This document shows positions 60,431 through 64,000 of a stretch of DNA of 64,000 bases, piece after piece. Source of the stretch: the human T2T-CHM13v2.0 reference genome, Homo sapiens. The translations under genes were made by a program, and so were the position numbers. Location of the stretch: assembly GCF_009914755.1 (NCBI RefSeq), contig NC_060936.1. One strand, 5' to 3'. The first letter of the stretch is position 1, and the number at the start of each line of letters is the position of its first letter. Under the pieces are notes generated by a model. The model was not told the DNA's origin. It made no database searches and saw nothing but the letters and a program-made list of their open reading frames with translations.

Positions 60431-61721
60431 CAGCACATCAAAAGTTCCACATTCAGGAAAGCAAATTAGTAGAAAAGCTCAATAATATAAATAGTCTCTC
60501 CTCCAGCTGTTTAAATAAAATGACATCTGATAATTTTTAAAAAGTGGCTCTCTTGAAAATATTATAAATATAGCTATATGATTCTTATTTGCTGAAGATA
60601 GAGACCCTGGCATATATTCTAACCATTTTATCATTCTTTCTACTAACCACAATGATCCAGATTCTTAAAATGGAATTAAATACAGCAGTACTTTATGATA
60701 TTCTATAAAAAGTTGGGTAATTTCCAGATGATTGGCCACACAAACAAGTTTGAGAAGGCAGCTGGTTTTGTGGGGAAAATCTCAGGGTAGGAATCACACA
60801 GGCCTTGATTCAAATCCTAGCCTGGACACATTCTAATTGTCTAGCCATCAGCAAGTTAATTAACCTTTCTGAGGCTCAAGACAGTAAAAGTCATACCATT
60901 CTCAAAGTGTTTGTATCCCAATATATAAAAAAACTTGGCACATAACAAGCGCATAAATGCTAGTTGTGTCACTGCTGAAATAATGACAATATTAGTAGTA
61001 AGATTATGTTTTCCCCTTGAGGTTCCACTAGGTTGGCATGTTCCAATTCCCAAGCAGTTTTTCATCTAAAACCATCTTCCTTTGCCATGGGATAGTGTTT
61101 TTAAAAAAATCCCTGGAGCCTGCCCCAATTATAAAAGAAGATAACTTGACTTCATTTAACTGCAGCCTCAGCATTTGAATTTAATTGAACAGGAAATAAT
61201 TATTCTTGAAGAGCGGAGGTTTTTGAGGTTCTGCGAGGCAATATAAGATACGTATCTCGTTACATTAGACCTTGGCAAATATACTTTTAATAATCAGCTG
61301 CTACTTAACATACCTTCCGCCTGCTATTAAATTTCCAGCAGGAACTACGGACACGATATATTGGGGAGGGAGGGGGCTGAACGGCTGATGAGTTATTTAA
61401 AAAGTGATTTATTTACCAAGGCAAGCCATTTGCAAATTCAATAATAAATCTATTTAGGAGTAGTTAACCTCTATAACTCTGTTTTTAATAATCAGTTGGT
61501 GTTTGGGTAACGTACAACGTCTGTCTCATTAACTCGGCATTAAGTCCTTATTTAGGTACTTAGTCTGAAGTGTGACCCAATCAGCCATGAGGTGGTAATG
61601 AGGCACTGGCTATAGGTCCTTGATCATCCAAGGACCTGGGTCCTTCCCTGGCTGCACCAGCTCTGGTTGGGGAGTTGGGGAACCATGAGTTATCTAATGC
61701 TCCTCTCTTTGCTCCTCACAG

Positions 61722-61808
61722 TGCCTCTCATGACAAAGACTTGACACCACCACCTTCCTCCAGGGGAAAGAAGAAAAAGAAGAAATCCACTCGGAAGAAG
61801 AGAAGGAG
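61722..61808 (+). CDS. SRRM4: SRRM4 coding exon 3, 87 nt, phase 2-2, basic NLS-like stretch
   Basis: Branch-point-like tctaat, pyrimidine tract, acceptor cacAG (61720-21), donor GAG|GTAAGA (61809). Joins exon 2 in frame (AG+T = Ser): ASHDKDLTPPPSSRGKKKKKKSTRKKRR, continuing the SRRM4 sequence. Confidence 0.96.
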
Positions 61809-61859
61809 GTAAGAGCACCAAGAGGGAGATAAAACCTGTAAGATGCAGGCAGGGACAAA

Positions 61860-62407
<548 letters not shown>

Positions 62408-62905
62408 GGAAGCATAGTCTTTAGCATGAATATTGAATTATTTTTTGAGAGCTTACTAGATGCAGAGGACTAGACTAGGCACCGTGGTCTTCATTATCTC
62501 TTTTATCCCTGACCATTGTCTACCAGGAAAGCATTATTATTCCCATTTTAGAGATGAGAAAATAAAGGCTCACAGAGGTGGTGACAGGATCTACAGGGGC
62601 TTGACGCCAGGTTCTCAGTTGGTTCTACGACGCCCACCTAACTAGTTCAATATCTAGGATAATAGGTGGGTGTTGGAGGGGAGGGGTGCTGTTTGTTTGT
62701 TTGCCAGCTATTGACTCTTTGGTATCCTATGCATTTTTTCTACGTCCAATTCCTTTAAAATTTTTTTATATTTAAAATGATTTCCAGATTTGCTTGTAGG
62801 CTGCCACTAACTAGACTGAAAGCATCTCTAGTGTGCCAACTCCAGAGGGGCAGGCTTAAATTAACCCTTAAGGCTGCCAACTGAGAATCACAGCAAACTT
62901 CTGAG

Positions 62906-62936
62906 GCAGTATTTATAGAAACCTGTAGGGGGCAGC
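62906..62936 (+). promoter_or_regulatory. Candidate CTCF site (core plus upstream motif)
   Basis: Core CCTGTAGGGGGCAGC (62922-62936) has one mismatch to CCASYAGRKGGCRSY; GCAGTA starts 16 bp upstream, resembling the ZF9-11 upstream motif. Confidence 0.65.
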
Positions 62937-63269
62937 AGAGAGCAGCATCTGATGACTTGGGCTTCAACTCCAGGTTTTCTGGAACCTTGTTTCACAGACA
63001 CCCCTTAGCCTCATTCTAAAAGGACAGGCTCAAAGAGGAGCCAGGGGGAAATATGGATGAAGACTCTGAGTCCTAGCCATTGTAGGGTAGGAGATGAAAT
63101 TGAGGCAAGTGCTTTGGATTTCCTAATTTGAGGGGTGGGCCAGAGAATACTCTAAAAAAGGAAACCTCAGATATTAAGATTCACTAATTGACTCGTTCAT
63201 CCAGTGAATATTCACTGAGCATGTGTCTGGGGACAAATGTTATGATTCCTTGAAGGCTGAATTGTTTCT

Positions 63270-63598
63270 CAGCCATTCCCTTCTGCAGACATGTTTTGTT
63301 TGACCTGCAAAGTGATTTGATTTTTTTTTTAATTGGTGGTCAACATTTCCAAATCGGGAGATTTCATATGAAAATGTGGAGTTTTGGAGGCTCCTTTAGA
63401 AAAGGCAGGTGCTGTAGAAGCCCAGACCTGAATTCCTACACAGGATCTTCGGCTAATCTGAGAAGCAGACTCCCCTCCAGCCAGAACCTCTCTGGTTCCC
63501 CCACAGTCCCCACTACTCCCTACTGTCTTCCACCCAGCCTGCTTCATCCATTCATGTTACCTGAGAGGGCCCTGTTAGCATTGAATTTGTAACCTCTC
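63270..63598 (-). mobile_element. MER102-like hAT DNA transposon
   Basis: aaatcgggagatttcatatgaaaat...ccacagtccccactactccctactgtc...tgttacctg...gcattgaatttgtaacctct. Confidence 0.6.
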
Positions 63599-64000
63599 AT
63601 CTGTTTCAACCCTGGTCTTTTGTCAGCGGGGAAATAAGAGACTTAGAGATGAGCCTTGACATGCCCAAGGTGGCTCTGTGAGTTGGTAGTAGTCAAGATT
63701 GGAACTTAGGTCACCTGAGCCTCAGTCTTGAGTCATCACCATGGACTCAGAGTAGCTCTGTTGCTCAGGTAACACTTTGATGGCACTATCCGTGCAGCCG
63801 CAGCCTGGCAAGATATCCTTCAGGGGCTCAGTCTTACCAGGGAGACAAAGGATGGGGCAAAGGAGAAACCCTGAGACTTTGAGAGGAGGGTTGCAGCTTG
63901 AAGGGAGAACAGCAGACAGAAGGAAGCCTTTCCAGCTTGACCAGGCAGGCAGCTGTGAGGTGCTATGGTGACTGAGAGCAAAAACCAGTGGGATCCCAGC

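Noticed and set aside
61496-61512. Possible 11-nt microexon cag|TTGGTGTTTGG|gtaacg upstream of exon 3
   Set aside because: A-interrupted pyrimidine tract, weak donor and no nearby UGC; better explained as part of the repeated TAATCAG motif.

Overview
Human (primate) genomic DNA from the SRRM4 (nSR100) gene on the + strand. The window holds the distal ~50 kb of the long first intron, coding exon 2 (49680-49826, 147 nt), intron 2, coding exon 3 (61722-61808, 87 nt) and the start of intron 3. The gene was recognised from the spliced peptide RTEPQNNPVVPAQDGPSEKLGQHLATEPLGTNSWERDKTCRELGATRGH-S-ASHDKDLTPPPSSRGKKKKKKSTRKKRR and from canonical AG/GT boundaries; exon numbering is from memory. The rest is repeat-dense: 14 Alus, many MIR and L2 relics, MaLR/ERVL LTRs, hAT/Tigger DNA transposons, truncated L1s and one full-length antisense L1PA4/5-like element in intron 2. 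Almost all ORFs in the supplied track are repeat-derived or chance. Best leads: (1) the antisense L1, whose antisense promoter faces exon 3 and carries a strong-Kozak ATG plus a phase-2 donor that would splice in frame to exon 3, a possible REST-independent, N-terminally swapped SRRM4; (2) a near-perfect RE1/NRSE site; (3) an ~825-bp GAT/GGT repeat with a 114-117-bp higher-order period; (4) two inverted MLT1F segments that look too similar to be independent insertions; (5) a MIR-derived 15-bp minisatellite split by the L1; (6) a CpG-retaining element, UGC motifs and a CTCF site around exon 3. Repeat subfamily calls are from remembered consensus sequences, and boundaries of old repeats are approximate.
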